Part shown: in pieces, positions 34,014 to 44,973 of the stretch
Numbering within the stretch: position 1 is the first letter of the stretch
How the letters are laid out: every line of letters starts with the position of its first letter
Assembly (NCBI GenBank): GCA_900617105.1
Contig: UYFQ01000004.1
Location: 1-64,000, forward strand
DNA: 64,000 bases
Source of the DNA: Hydrurus foetidus
Lineage: Eukaryota
Direction of reading: 5' to 3'
The notes under the pieces: model-generated
Told to the model about the DNA's origin: nothing
The model's database searches: none
What the model saw: the letters and a program-made list of their open reading frames with translations, nothing else
Program-made: the position numbers and the translations under genes

Positions 34014-34343
34014 CTACATCAAACGCTTGGGGGCGTCATGGTGGTGGTTTTGCAAACGGTCTTTGTGACGAGCCACCTGGCGGTCCAGCTTGTCCACGAG
34101 TTCGTCGACAGCGGCATACAAATCCTCGTGGGCACTTTCCGCGAACATGTCGCTACCCTTGACGTGGATGTTGCATTCCGCACGTTGCCGTCGTTCCTTT
34201 TCCTTTAGTTTCTCAACAGAGAGTAGAACCTTGACATCTACTACTTGATCAAAGTGGCGCATGATGCGATCGAGCTTGGTCGTAACATAACTACGCAGGG
34301 CAGGGGTAACTTCAAGGTGATGACCGCTGATCGTCAAATTCAT
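34014..34343 (-). CDS. hpf: Ribosome hibernation promoting factor (RaiA/HPF)
   Basis: [33 protein letters not shown]. Confidence 0.94.
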   Translation of the reverse strand: MNLTISGHHLEVTPALRSYVTTKLDRIMRHFDQVVDVKVLLSVEKLKEKERRQRAECNIHVKGSDMFAESAHEDLYAAVDELVDKLDRQVARHKDRLQNHHHDAPKRLM

Positions 34344-34502
34344 AAATAGCCTCCAATTGCTCTCAGGGTTGACAAAGCCTTCCATTTGGGATGGTCGGCA
34401 CACGAAAAGCGGAATCTAAAATGCGGTCGTCTTGAGAAAGACTATGCGCCCGAATCAGGTCGAATGCAATGCATTTTTGTAATGCGATGCAACATCAAAA
34501 GG

Positions 34503-35726
34503 TCATTTTCTGACCGATGCCAGAGCGGGCTGCAGATTCAGGCGACTACCCAGTGCAATCGCCAGAATACTGGCCGTTCCGCCCAGCACTGCAGCCATCC
34601 AGTAGTTCTGCACCAGGCCTGCGGCATCGCGACTGATGATGGCGCCGCCGGCCAATGCAGCCAGGCCCATGGCCGCCGATTGCACCGCCGAATTCAGCGT
34701 CATGAAGGTCCCGCGCAGCGCGGGGTTGGCGGCAGACGTGAGCATGGCCATGCCCGGAATCATCCGTCCGCTCATGCAGACAAAAAACAGGGTGGTTACC
34801 GGCAAGGCCCAGAACAGGCCCACGGGTCCGAGCAGAGTGGTGGCTAGTAAGGGAACCACCACGGCCACCGCCAGTACGCGGAAGGTTTCGAACTTGCCAT
34901 AGCTGTCCGTCAGGCGCCCAAACCAGCGCGCAGAGAGAAGGGTTGCCACCCCACCGCAGAGGTAGATATAGGGAACCTGGTCCGCGCGCAGGCCTACATT
35001 GGTCTGCATGTAGATGGTGATGTAGGGAATCACGGTAAAGCCTGCAAACATCAACAACGCTGAAAACAGGAAGGCGCGCTGGTGGTTGGTATCTTCCAAT
35101 GCCTCGCGGATGCGGCTCCACGACGAGCCGGTCGGATGCAGGGCCAAGTGCGCGTTGAGCACGGGCATGGACAGCTGGGCGAACACCATGAGCAACACGC
35201 ACATGGCAGCAATACCGAAAAAGGGCACGTGCCAGCCCAGATGCGCCGCCAGGAATAGCCCCAGGGGCACACCCGCCACGGTGGCCACCGAGAACGAGGT
35301 CATCACAATGCCCATGGCGCGGCCGCGCCGTTCAAAGGGAATCACATCGCCGATGATGGTTTGACTCATGGCGTTCAGCACGCCGCCAAAAATGCCAGCG
35401 CTGATGCGTGCCGCCATCAGGACACCATAGGAAGAAGCCAGGCCACAGGCTAGGGTGGACAGGGCGAACAGGCCGTACAGCACCAGCATCAGGCGCTTGC
35501 GGTCAAAACGGTCGATATAGGTGGAGGCTGCCAGACCGGACACGCCGCCCGCCAGGGTGTAGGCCGAGACCAGCAAGCCAAACTTGGCATCGCTGATGCC
35601 AAACAGCTGAGTCAGCGCGGGGCCCAGCGGCATCATGATCATGAAATCCAGGATGTTGGTGAACTGGATGCCGGCGAGAGTGATCAGAAGCCAGAGTTCT
35701 CGGCGGGGAGTCAGGGTAAGGGGCAT
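34503..35726 (-). CDS. MFS transporter
   Basis: About 12 TM segments; DRFDRK motif A, ILDFMIMMPLGP. Confidence 0.9.
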   Translation of the reverse strand: MPLTLTPRRELWLLITLAGIQFTNILDFMIMMPLGPALTQLFGISDAKFGLLVSAYTLAGGVSGLAASTYIDRFDRKRLMLVLYGLFALSTLACGLASSYGVLMAARISAGIFGGVLNAMSQTIIGDVIPFERRGRAMGIVMTSFSVATVAGVPLGLFLAAHLGWHVPFFGIAAMCVLLMVFAQLSMPVLNAHLALHPTGSSWSRIREALEDTNHQRAFLFSALLMFAGFTVIPYITIYMQTNVGLRADQVPYIYLCGGVATLLSARWFGRLTDSYGKFETFRVLAVAVVVPLLATTLLGPVGLFWALPVTTLFFVCMSGRMIPGMAMLTSAANPALRGTFMTLNSAVQSAAMGLAALAGGAIISRDAAGLVQNYWMAAVLGGTASILAIALGSRLNLQPALASVRK

Positions 35727-35925
35727 GGTGTGTGGGCAGAAAGGACGGCACAAGGCCAGCCAAGCACTCTATCACTGCCACTACAGTGCGATAATTTCGG
35801 CATCGCAACATTTGGAGAGCGCTCCTTGGAAACCTACCCCAGTCGGTAGCTTTCAACTCCCACCACTGCATCGGGGTTGAAAGCACTAAGCCCTTTTGCA
35901 GACACCACCACCTCGGGAGTGAGCC

Positions 35926-36915
35926 ATGCTCAATATCTTTACGCTCGCCAACGGTCGGCTCTTTCAGGAAGAGATCGAATCGCTGGAAGAGCTTTCCAAG
36001 TTCCAGCCTATCTGGGTCGACCTGGAATCCCCCACGATTGAAGAAAAACGCTGGGTCAAACAGTACTACGGCCTGTCCATCCCGGAAGACGCGATGGACG
36101 AGGACATCGAGGAATCCGCCCGTTTTTACGCTGAAGACAATGGCGAAGTTCACATTCGCAGCGACTTCTTAGTCGCAGACGCTGACGAGCCGCGCTCCGT
36201 GCGCGTGGCCTTTATCCTGAACCTGGTGAACGACGACTTGAAGAGCAAGGGCGTCCTGTTCTCGATCCACGACGAAGACGTGCCCGTATTCCGGCTTTTG
36301 CGCATGCGTGCACGCCGGGCACCGGGTTTGATTGAAGACGCCAAAGAAGTTTTGCTCAAGCTGTTCGACGCCGATGCCGAGTATTCCGCCGATACGCTGG
36401 AAGGCATTTACGACGAGCTGGACAAGGTCAGCAAGAAAGTCTTGTCTGGCAATGTCACGGATGCCATCGCCGGTGAGGCGCTGGGCGCCATTGCCCGCCA
36501 CGAAGACCTGAGTGGCCGCATTCGCCGCAATGTGATGGACACGCGCCGGGCCGTGAGCTTCATGATGCGCAGCAAGATGCTCAATGCCGAGCAGTTCGAG
36601 GAAGCGCGGCAGATTCTGCGCGATATCGACTCGTTGGACTCGCACACCGCCTTCCTGTTCGACAAGATCAACTTCTTGATGGACGCCACGGTTGGTTTCA
36701 TCAACATCAACCAGAACAAGATCATCAAGATCTTCTCGGTGGCCAGCGTGGCGCTACTGCCGCCCACCTTGGTGGCCAGTGTCTACGGCATGAACCTGAA
36801 ATTCCCGGAGCTGGAGTTTCTGGGCGGCTGGAGCTACCCCTACACCGTGGCCTTGATGGCGGCCAGCGCCGTGGTACCCATGTGGTACTTCTACAAACGC
36901 GGCTGGCTTCGATAG
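35926..36915 (+). CDS. corA: Magnesium/cobalt transporter CorA
   Basis: EDIEESARF, QNKIIKIFS, PPTLVASVYGMN. Confidence 0.96.
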   Translation: MLNIFTLANGRLFQEEIESLEELSKFQPIWVDLESPTIEEKRWVKQYYGLSIPEDAMDEDIEESARFYAEDNGEVHIRSDFLVADADEPRSVRVAFILNLVNDDLKSKGVLFSIHDEDVPVFRLLRMRARRAPGLIEDAKEVLLKLFDADAEYSADTLEGIYDELDKVSKKVLSGNVTDAIAGEALGAIARHEDLSGRIRRNVMDTRRAVSFMMRSKMLNAEQFEEARQILRDIDSLDSHTAFLFDKINFLMDATVGFININQNKIIKIFSVASVALLPPTLVASVYGMNLKFPELEFLGGWSYPYTVALMAASAVVPMWYFYKRGWLR

Positions 36916-36970
36916 GAAATCGCCTTCTAACCCGCGTATTTATTGCGCAAGCAGCTACTATTTTGATAGT
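36908..36970 (-). repeat. Dispersed ~63-bp motif, copy 5 (spans the corA and mtnN stops)
   Basis: actatcaaaatagtagc tgcttgcgc aataaat acgcgggttag aaggcgattt. Confidence 0.8.
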
Positions 36971-37719
36971 GCCTCAAGCAACGCCCGGATGATTTTCCTG
37001 GCGTACACGCTGGCCACCTCGGCCACAAACTGGCTGAAATCCAGATGCGCGCTGTCGTCGGCCCGGTCCGAGATGGTGCGCACTGCGGCAAACGGCACGC
37101 CGTAGTCCACACACACCTGGGCCACGGCGGCACCTTCCATTTCCACCGCCAACGGCGTGTGACCCGCTGCAGCGAGCTGCCCCACCAGCGTAGCCACCTC
37201 GGCCGCGCCATTGACAAAGCGGTCGCCACTGGCGATTAGGCCGCAGTGCACTGTTGGGGCTCGGCCCTTTTGGTGCATGCCGACCAAAGCGGCTTCTGCG
37301 GCGCGTTGCAAGGCGCCGCACAGCACCGCATCCCCCGCAAACAACGCCTGGCCATACAGCGGAATCTCATACCGTGGAAACAGCGGAGAGGCATCCATGT
37401 CGTGCTGCACGTAGGACGTACCCACCACCACATCCCCCACCTGCACGCCGTCTCCAACGCCACCGGCCACACCGGTGAACACCACGCGGCCCACGCCAAA
37501 GTGGCCAATCAGCGCCGTGGCCGTGGTGGCAGCCGCCACCTTGCCAATGCGCGATAGCGCCAGCACCACCGGTTGGCCCCACAGGCTGCCGCACCAGAAG
37601 ATGCGCCCTGCGTGATCGACCTGTCGCGCGTTCTCCAGAAACTCCAGGAGTCCGGCCTGTTCTTCGGCCAGGGCGCTCAGGATGGCAATGGGGGCAGGGG
37701 TTACAGCAGCAACGGGCAT
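36958..37719 (-). CDS. mtnN: 5'-methylthioadenosine/S-adenosylhomocysteine nucleosidase
   Basis: IGKVAAA, FTGVAGG, ASGDRF, VEMEGAAVAQV, RTISDRAD. Confidence 0.92.
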   Translation of the reverse strand: MPVAAVTPAPIAILSALAEEQAGLLEFLENARQVDHAGRIFWCGSLWGQPVVLALSRIGKVAAATTATALIGHFGVGRVVFTGVAGGVGDGVQVGDVVVGTSYVQHDMDASPLFPRYEIPLYGQALFAGDAVLCGALQRAAEAALVGMHQKGRAPTVHCGLIASGDRFVNGAAEVATLVGQLAAAGHTPLAVEMEGAAVAQVCVDYGVPFAAVRTISDRADDSAHLDFSQFVAEVASVYARKIIRALLEALSK

Positions 37720-37760
37720 AGAAAAGCAAAAAAAGACGACGCGCCTAGCGTAGCAGGCAC

Positions 37761-37788
37761 AAAAAAGCGGCCCGCAGGCCGCCCTTTC
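37761..37788 (-). terminator. Rho-independent terminator after the acyl-CoA ligase gene
   Basis: Plus strand AAAAAA-GCGGCC-CGCA-GGCCGC reads as a hairpin plus U6 on the minus strand. Confidence 0.75.
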
Positions 37789-37807
37789 TACCAACGCAAC
37801 GGCTGGC

Positions 37808-39481
37808 TTATTTGTCGCGCAGCTCGCGACGCAGGATCTTGCCCACGGGCGTTTTGGGTAGCTCGGTGCGGAACTCCACCACCTTGGGTTGCTTGTAGCC
37901 CGTCAGGTTTTCCTTGCAGAAGTTGCGCACATCCTCTTCGCTGAGGTTGGGGTCTTTCTTCACGATCACCAGCTTCACGGCTTCGCCAGTTTTGGCATCG
38001 GCCACGCCCACACACGCGCATTCCATCACGCCGGGCAACTGTGCCACCACGTCTTCGAGTTCGGTGGGAAACACGTTGAAGCCGCTCACCAGAATCATGT
38101 CCTTCTTGCGGTCCACGATCTTGAAGAAGCCCTTCTCGTCCACCACGCCAATGTCGCCTGACTTGAAGAAGCCGTCCGCCGTCATGACCTTGGCAGTTTC
38201 ATCGGGACGCTGCCAGTAGCCCGCCATGACCTGGGGGCCCTTGATGGCGATTTCGCCGCTCTGGCCGGCAGGCACTTCGTTGCCGTCGTCGTCCAGCAAC
38301 TTCATGTAGGTGCTGGGCAGGGGCACGCCGATGGTGCCGGTGTACTCGGTAGACGTCACCGGGTTACAGCTGGCCGAGGGCGAGGTCTCAGACAGACCAT
38401 AGCCTTCGCAAATCGAGCAACCGGTTTTCTCAAACCAGATCTTGGCGACGCCGCTTTGCACCGCCGTGCCACCGCCCACGGACACCTTCAAGTGGCTCCA
38501 GTCCACCGTGTTGAAGTCAGGGTGATTGGCCAGGCCGTTGAACAGCGTGTTCACGGCGGGGAAGCTGTGGATGGTGTGCTTGGTCAGCTCCTTGAGCACG
38601 CCAGGAATATCGCGCGGATTGGGGATCAGGATCAACTTGCCGCCGGTGCGCATGGACAGCATCATGCCGACCGTGAACGCGAAGATGTGGTACAGCGGCA
38701 AAGCACAAACACCCGTAGGCTGCTCACCGGCCGGCACCTTCTTCATGACCGGATCGTTCCAGGCTTCGGACTGCAGCACGTTGGCAATCACGTTGCGGTG
38801 CAACAGCACGGCGCCTTTGGACACACCGGTGGTGCCACCGGTGTATTGCAGTACGGCCACATCGTCGGCCTTGGTGTCGGGTTTCTTGAAAGGGGCCTTG
38901 GTACCGCGGGCAATGGCGTCGTTAAAACGCACCGCACCCATCAGATTGAACGCGGGCACCATCTTCTTGACGTTGCGCACCACGTAGTTCACCAACGCGC
39001 CCTTGAGCAGACCCAGCTGGTCGCCCATGGCGCACAGCACCACATGCTTGACCGGTGTGGCGGCGATGCACTTTTCTAGCGTAGTGGCAAAGTTTTCGAT
39101 GATGACGATGGCCTTGGCGCCGGAGTCCTTGAGCTGGTGCTCCAGTTCGCGCGGGGTGTACAGCGGGTTCACGTTCACCACCACAAAACCGGCACGCAGA
39201 ATGCCCACCACAGCCACAGGGTACTGGGGCACGTTGGGCATCATGATGGCAACGCGATCACCCTTCACCAGACCCAGGCTCTGCAGGTAAGCGGCGAAGG
39301 CCTGGCTCAGGCTGTCGGTCTGGGCGAAGGTAATTTCCTTGCCCATGAAGTTGTAGGCCACGCGGTTGGCGTATTTCTGGAAGCTCTCTTCCATCAAACC
39401 TATCAGCGAGGGGTACAACTCGGCGTTGATGTCTGCTGGCACACCCGCGGGGTAGCTGTTCAGCCAAATGCGATCTGTCAT
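37808..39481 (-). CDS. fadD: Long-chain-fatty-acid--CoA ligase
   Basis: QYTGGTTGVSKGA, EGYGLSETSP, DRKKDMILVSGFNV, PKTPVGKILRR. Confidence 0.93.
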   Translation of the reverse strand: MTDRIWLNSYPAGVPADINAELYPSLIGLMEESFQKYANRVAYNFMGKEITFAQTDSLSQAFAAYLQSLGLVKGDRVAIMMPNVPQYPVAVVGILRAGFVVVNVNPLYTPRELEHQLKDSGAKAIVIIENFATTLEKCIAATPVKHVVLCAMGDQLGLLKGALVNYVVRNVKKMVPAFNLMGAVRFNDAIARGTKAPFKKPDTKADDVAVLQYTGGTTGVSKGAVLLHRNVIANVLQSEAWNDPVMKKVPAGEQPTGVCALPLYHIFAFTVGMMLSMRTGGKLILIPNPRDIPGVLKELTKHTIHSFPAVNTLFNGLANHPDFNTVDWSHLKVSVGGGTAVQSGVAKIWFEKTGCSICEGYGLSETSPSASCNPVTSTEYTGTIGVPLPSTYMKLLDDDGNEVPAGQSGEIAIKGPQVMAGYWQRPDETAKVMTADGFFKSGDIGVVDEKGFFKIVDRKKDMILVSGFNVFPTELEDVVAQLPGVMECACVGVADAKTGEAVKLVIVKKDPNLSEEDVRNFCKENLTGYKQPKVVEFRTELPKTPVGKILRRELRDK

Positions 39482-39581
39482 GTCCTTGTCTCCATCCTAT
39501 TTTTTTAATACCCAGTCAGCCATTTTCACGGACTAGGGACAAGCGCGGGCGTGTGCTTTCCCTAGGTTTTTCCCCTGCCGT

Positions 39582-41000
39582 TCAGTTTTTTAGCGCGCCC
39601 AGCACCTCGTCGAGCATTTTCTTGGCATCGCCAAACAGCATGCGGTTGTTGTCCTTGTAGAACAAGGGGTTGTCTACACCCGCGTAGCCCGAGGCCATGC
39701 TGCGCTTCATGACGATGGAGGTCTTGGCCTTCCACACCTCGAGAACAGGCATGCCAGCAATCGGGCTGGTTGGGTCGTCCTGTGCCGAAGGATTGACGAT
39801 GTCATTGGCGCCAATGACCATCACCACATCGGTGGCAGGAAAATCGTCGTTGATCTCGTCCATTTCAAACACGATGTCGTAGGGCACCTTGGCCTCGGCC
39901 AACAGCACGTTCATGTGACCTGGCATGCGGCCCGCCACAGGGTGAATGCCAAAGCGCACATTGACGCCTTTTTCGCGCAGCGTGCGGGTGATTTCAAACA
40001 CCGTGTGCTGGGCCTGCGCCACCGCCATGCCGTAGCCAGGAACGATCATCACGCTCTTGGCATCGCGCAGCAGTTCAGCAGTCTCTGCCGCATTCACAGC
40101 GATCACCTCACCGGCGGGCTGAGCAGCACCTCCAGCAGGCTTGGGTGCCGCGCTAGGGCTGCCAAAGCCGCCCGCAATCACGCTGATGAAGCTGCGGTTC
40201 ATGGCGTTGCACATGATGTAGGACAGGATGGCTCCGCTGGAGCCGACCAACGCACCGATGACGATCAGCAGATCGTTGGAGAGCATGAAGCCCGTGGCTG
40301 CCGCGGCCCAGCCGGAGTAACTGTTGAGCATGGACACCACCACGGGCATGTCGGCACCGCCAATGGCCATCACCATGTGCACGCCAAACAGCAAGGCCAC
40401 CACGGTCATCACAATCAACGGCGTCATGCCTGCTTCCAGGCTTTCGGCGTGCAGAAACTCCCGGCCAAAGTACAGCACGATCAGCAGGCCCGCCAGATTC
40501 ATCCAATGGCGCCCGGGCAGCAACATGGGGCTGCCGCCAATTCGGCCGGAGAGCTTGCCAAAGGCAATCACGGAGCCGGCAAAGGTCACCGCACCGATGA
40601 AGATGCCAATGTAGATTTCCAGTTCGTGGATGGTCTTGGCGGAGCCCTCAAAGCCCACCGTCGCCGCCGGGTCCACATAGGTCGCAAAACCGACCAGCAT
40701 GGCGGCCAGGCCCACCATGCTGTGCATTAGCGCCACCAGCTCAGGCATCTGGGTCATCTGCACGGTGCGCGCCGCGTACAGGCCCACGCCGCCGCCTACC
40801 ACCATGGCGCCGACGATCCAGGGGATGCCGGCCACCGTCACGCTAGGGCCAAAAATGGTAGCCAACACAGCGAGCGCCATGCCCACCATGCCATACAGGT
40901 TGCCGCGCAGGGCGGTGGACTGGTTGGACAGGCCGCCCAGGCTCAGGATAAAGAGAATGGTCGCGCCAATGTAGGAGACCGTAGCCAAACTTGCAGACAT
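39582..41000 (-). CDS. pntB: NAD(P) transhydrogenase subunit beta
   Basis: [40 protein letters not shown]. Confidence 0.97.
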   Translation of the reverse strand: MSASLATVSYIGATILFILSLGGLSNQSTALRGNLYGMVGMALAVLATIFGPSVTVAGIPWIVGAMVVGGGVGLYAARTVQMTQMPELVALMHSMVGLAAMLVGFATYVDPAATVGFEGSAKTIHELEIYIGIFIGAVTFAGSVIAFGKLSGRIGGSPMLLPGRHWMNLAGLLIVLYFGREFLHAESLEAGMTPLIVMTVVALLFGVHMVMAIGGADMPVVVSMLNSYSGWAAAATGFMLSNDLLIVIGALVGSSGAILSYIMCNAMNRSFISVIAGGFGSPSAAPKPAGGAAQPAGEVIAVNAAETAELLRDAKSVMIVPGYGMAVAQAQHTVFEITRTLREKGVNVRFGIHPVAGRMPGHMNVLLAEAKVPYDIVFEMDEINDDFPATDVVMVIGANDIVNPSAQDDPTSPIAGMPVLEVWKAKTSIVMKRSMASGYAGVDNPLFYKDNNRMLFGDAKKMLDEVLGALKN

Positions 41001-41012
41001 CTTCTGGTCTCC

Positions 41013-42620
41013 TTACTTGCGGAACATGGCCAGCATGCGCTGGGTAACGGCAAAGCCGCCAAACATATTGATGGCGGTCAGCACAATGGCCGCTGCCGCC
41101 AGCCAGGTGATGAGGCTGTCAGGACGCCCCACCGCACCGGCAATCGGTGAAATTTGCACCAGCGCACCGATGGCGATGATGCTGCTGATGGCATTGGTCA
41201 CGCTCATCAGCGGCGTATGCAGGGCGGGCTTGACGTTCCACACCACCATGTAGCCCACAAAACAGGCCAGTACAAACACCGTGAAGTGCCCCAGGAAGGC
41301 GGCCGGTGCGTAGCTGCCAATCAGCCAGAACAACAGCGCCGCCACGGCCATCATGATGACCAGGCTCTTGGCCGACATGGGCTCACTGGCGCCGTGGCCA
41401 TGGGCTGGCTTCTTCGCCACAACAGGAGCGGCCTTGGCCGCAGCGGCGGGAGCGGCCGCAACTTTGGGCGCCGGGGCGGGCCAGGTGATGCTGCCGTCCT
41501 TGACAACAGTCAGGCCTCGGATGGCATCGTCTTCCATATTGACGTTTGCAACACCATCCTTGGCCTTGCACAGCTCTTCGGCCAGGCGGAACAGGTTGGT
41601 GGAGTACAGGGTGGACGATTGCTTGGACAAGCGCGAAGCCAAGTCGGTGTAGCCGACGATGGTCACCCCGTGTTTGACGACAGCCTGGCCCGGTTCGGTC
41701 AGCTCACAGTTGCCGCCCTGCTCGGCGGCCATGTCCACAATCACGCTGCCCGGCTTCATGGAGCGCACCATCTCGGCGGTGATCAGCTTGGGCGCGGGCT
41801 TGCCGGGGATCAGGGCGGTGGTGATGATGATGTCGACTTCCTTGGCCTGCTTGGCGTACATCGCACGCTGCGCTTGCTGGAAACCTTCGCTCATCACCTT
41901 GGCGTAACCGCCGCCACCCGAGCCTTCTTCTACATAGTCGACCTTGACGAACTCACCGCCCAGGGACACGACCTGGTCGGCCACTTCGGCACGGGTGTCA
42001 TTGGCGCGCACGATGGCGCCCAGGCTGGCTGCGGTACCAATAGCGGCCAGACCGGCCACACCGGCGCCGGCGATGAACACCTTGGCCGGAGGCACCTTGC
42101 CCGCCGCCGTAATCTGTCCATTGAAGAAACGTCCAAACGCATTGGCCGCTTCGATCACGGCACGGTAACCGCTGACGCCGGCCATGGAGGTCAAGGCGTC
42201 CATCTTCTGGGCCCGGCTCAGCGTGCGTGGCAGCGCATCGATGGCCAGCACCGTCGCCTTTTTGGCGGCCAGTTGCTGCAACAGTTCGGGATTTTGCGCG
42301 GGCCAGATAAAACTGACCAGGGTGCCGCCTTCGCGCAGCAGGCCCACTTCGTCGCTTGAGGGGCCACGCACCTTGAAGACGATGTCCGACTGGGCCCAGA
42401 GCTCGGCCGCCGTGCCCACTATTTGGGCACCCGCCACGCGGTAGCTGTCGTCGTCACAGTTGGCCGCATCCCCCGCGCCGGACTCCACGCTGACCGCGAA
42501 GCCCAGCTTGATCAGCTTCTCCACGACGTCGGGGACAGTGGCCACCCGCTTTTCTCCCGGAAAAATCTCTCGGGGGACGCCAATACGCTGTCCTTTTTCA
42601 GTGGAAACACTGGTCTGCAT
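41013..42620 (-). CDS. pntA: NAD(P) transhydrogenase subunit alpha (fused alpha1/alpha2)
   Basis: [33 protein letters not shown]. Confidence 0.97.
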   Translation of the reverse strand: MQTSVSTEKGQRIGVPREIFPGEKRVATVPDVVEKLIKLGFAVSVESGAGDAANCDDDSYRVAGAQIVGTAAELWAQSDIVFKVRGPSSDEVGLLREGGTLVSFIWPAQNPELLQQLAAKKATVLAIDALPRTLSRAQKMDALTSMAGVSGYRAVIEAANAFGRFFNGQITAAGKVPPAKVFIAGAGVAGLAAIGTAASLGAIVRANDTRAEVADQVVSLGGEFVKVDYVEEGSGGGGYAKVMSEGFQQAQRAMYAKQAKEVDIIITTALIPGKPAPKLITAEMVRSMKPGSVIVDMAAEQGGNCELTEPGQAVVKHGVTIVGYTDLASRLSKQSSTLYSTNLFRLAEELCKAKDGVANVNMEDDAIRGLTVVKDGSITWPAPAPKVAAAPAAAAKAAPVVAKKPAHGHGASEPMSAKSLVIMMAVAALLFWLIGSYAPAAFLGHFTVFVLACFVGYMVVWNVKPALHTPLMSVTNAISSIIAIGALVQISPIAGAVGRPDSLITWLAAAAIVLTAINMFGGFAVTQRMLAMFRK

Positions 42621-42800
42621 GAAGCGACTCCTCAATTTGGATAGGGGGTATGGCCTGAGCTTGTTTCGCGGCGGTAAGCTTCGCGAAAGGGTTCTGGGCG
42701 GCAACTTTAACTGAATTTCCCTGCGCAAATGCCCGTCTGGCGCGGCTTGCGCGACGGGCCGCGCAAAACAGCCCAACCTTCCATCCCCATAATCCAGCCC

Positions 42801-43298
42801 ATGGACACACGATGGAAACCCAATGTGACGGTCGCCGCCGTCATTGAGCAACATGGCCGCTTTCTGCTAGTGGAAGAACACACGCCCGAAGGCCTGCGCC
42901 TGAACAACCCGGCAGGGCACCTGGACGCGGCCGAGTCACCGGCTCAGGGTTGTTCCCGAGAGGTATTAGAGGAAACGGCCTATGCCTTCACGCCCAACTA
43001 TCTAGTCGGCCTGTACCTGTCGCGCTTTCAGCGCCAGCGCGCCGACGCACTGGAAGACGTGACCTATTTGCGCTTTGCCTACGCGGGCACCCTGGGTGCC
43101 TTCGACGCTGAGCGCACGCTGGACACCGGCATTGAACGCACCGTCTGGCTGAGCGCCGACGAGCTGCGCGCCAGCCATGCCCGCCACCGCAGCCCGCTGG
43201 TGCTGCAGTGCATGGAGGACTATTTGCGTGGCCAACGCTACCCGCTGGAGCTGGTCTACGCCGCCGCCAGTCTCTGGAATCCTGCCACTCCGCTATAA
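42801..43298 (+). CDS. nudJ: NUDIX hydrolase (NudJ-like)
   Basis: [16 protein letters not shown]...REVLEET, HRSPLV; upstream of mnmA. Confidence 0.85.
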   Translation: MDTRWKPNVTVAAVIEQHGRFLLVEEHTPEGLRLNNPAGHLDAAESPAQGCSREVLEETAYAFTPNYLVGLYLSRFQRQRADALEDVTYLRFAYAGTLGAFDAERTLDTGIERTVWLSADELRASHARHRSPLVLQCMEDYLRGQRYPLELVYAAASLWNPATPL

Positions 43299-43354
43299 AA
43301 AAAGGAGCTGCTAGCGCAATATGGACGGGGGCTAAGGGCTTTTTTGGTGCATAA
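43292..43354 (+). repeat. Dispersed ~63-bp motif, copy 6 (nudJ stop to mnmA upstream)
   Basis: gctataaaaaaaggagc tgctagcgc aatatgg acgggggctaa gggctttttt. Confidence 0.8.
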
Positions 43355-43388
43355 ACCCCGCCTCCACGGCCCCCGGTAAAATGAGGGC

Positions 43389-44507
43389 ATGAGCAAGCAA
43401 CGCATCGTGGTCGGGCTGAGCGGGGGGGTGGATTCCGCCGTCACCGCCCACCTCCTGAAACAACAAGGCCACGAGGTGGTCGGCATCTTCATGAAGAACT
43501 GGGAAGATGACGACGACAGCGAGTACTGCTCGTCCAACATCGACTTTGTGGATGCCGCCGCGGTAGCCGACGTGCTAGGCATCGAGATAGAGCACGTCAA
43601 CTTTGCGGCCGACTACCGCGACCGGGTGTTTTCAGAGTTCCTGCGTGAGTATCAGGCGGGGCGCACGCCCAACCCCGACATCCTTTGCAATGCCGAGATC
43701 AAGTTCAAGGCCTTTTTGGACCACGCCATGCGCCTGGGAGCAGAAAAAATTGCCACCGGCCACTACGCGCGGGTGCACCTGAACGACGCGACCGAACGGT
43801 ATGAACTGCTCAAAGGCCTGGACCCGGCCAAAGACCAAAGTTACTTTTTGCACCGCCTGAACCAGGCGCAGCTGTCCAAGACCCTTTTCCCGGTGGGCGA
43901 GCTGCACAAGACCGAGGTGCGCCGCATTGCCGACGAAATTGGCCTGCCCAATGCGAAGAAGAAAGACTCCACCGGCATCTGCTTCATTGGTGAGCGCCCG
44001 TTCCGCGAATTCCTGAACCGCTATATTTCCAAAGAGCCCGGCCCCGTCAAAAACGCCAAGGGCCACACCATTGGCGAGCACGTAGGTTTGTCGTTCTACA
44101 CCCTGGGTCAGCGCCAGGGTCTGGGCATTGGTGGGCTCAAGGCCAAGGGCGCGCAGCGCGGCGGGGGCGACCATGCGCCCTGGTTTGTCGCGCGCAAGGA
44201 CATGGAAACCAACACCCTGTGGGTGGTGCAGGGCCATGACCACCCCTGGCTGCAGTCTCTGGCCTTGCAGGCGCAAGACGCCAGCTGGGTAACAGGGCAG
44301 CCCCCCTCTGACGCGGACATGGCCGCCAAAACCCGCTACCGGCAAGCCGACGCGCCGTGCCATATGCACGCAAATTCCGACGCCACCTTCCAGTTGAATT
44401 TCTCGCAGGCCCAGTGGGCCGTGACCCCCGGACAGTCCGCCGTGTTGTACGACGGCGAGGTGTGCCTGGGCGGCGGCATCATCACGGCAGCGCCCGCCAC
44501 CGTCTGA
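43389..44507 (+). CDS. mnmA: tRNA-specific 2-thiouridylase
   Basis: [42 protein letters not shown]. Confidence 0.97.
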   Translation: MSKQRIVVGLSGGVDSAVTAHLLKQQGHEVVGIFMKNWEDDDDSEYCSSNIDFVDAAAVADVLGIEIEHVNFAADYRDRVFSEFLREYQAGRTPNPDILCNAEIKFKAFLDHAMRLGAEKIATGHYARVHLNDATERYELLKGLDPAKDQSYFLHRLNQAQLSKTLFPVGELHKTEVRRIADEIGLPNAKKKDSTGICFIGERPFREFLNRYISKEPGPVKNAKGHTIGEHVGLSFYTLGQRQGLGIGGLKAKGAQRGGGDHAPWFVARKDMETNTLWVVQGHDHPWLQSLALQAQDASWVTGQPPSDADMAAKTRYRQADAPCHMHANSDATFQLNFSQAQWAVTPGQSAVLYDGEVCLGGGIITAAPATV

Positions 44508-44646
44508 CGCCACGCATCAGGGTCGATTGGAAAAGTGGGCAAACCGTGACTTGGTTGGCGGTGCGCCCTGCAAAGCTGGTGCTAACATCCGGCACAACAA
44601 GCGAATTGCATACAGTTTGCCAGGGACCACCTCACAAACCACTGCC

Positions 44647-44970
44647 ATGTTCCACGTACTACGCAATGCGGATGGGTCCATCGCCTCGCTGTCTCGGCAA
44701 GAACGCGCAGGAGGGGAGTTGCTGGACGACGCCCACCCCGACATCGTGGGCTTCATGGGCGTCCGGTCTAACGAACCAGGATTTGACGCGGCCGATGCCG
44801 ATTTTGTGCGCGTGCTGGAAGACGTGATCGACACCCTGATCATGAAGAACGTGATTCGCCATACCGACCTGCCCGCCGCGGCCCAGCGCAAACTCATGCT
44901 GCGCAAGGGACTGCGCAACCGCATACAAGGCGCCCTGAACCTCTTGGGCGGAGACGACCGTCTGCTGTAA
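44647..44970 (+). CDS. Small conserved hypothetical protein of Lap/T1SS loci
   Basis: 107 aa; DADFVRVLEDVIDTLIxKNVIRHTDLPAAAQRKL resembles the small protein I recall from Pseudomonas lap loci (from memory); stop lies 3 nt before the ABC start. Confidence 0.7.
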   Translation: MFHVLRNADGSIASLSRQERAGGELLDDAHPDIVGFMGVRSNEPGFDAADADFVRVLEDVIDTLIMKNVIRHTDLPAAAQRKLMLRKGLRNRIQGALNLLGGDDRLL

Positions 44971-44973
44971 CCC

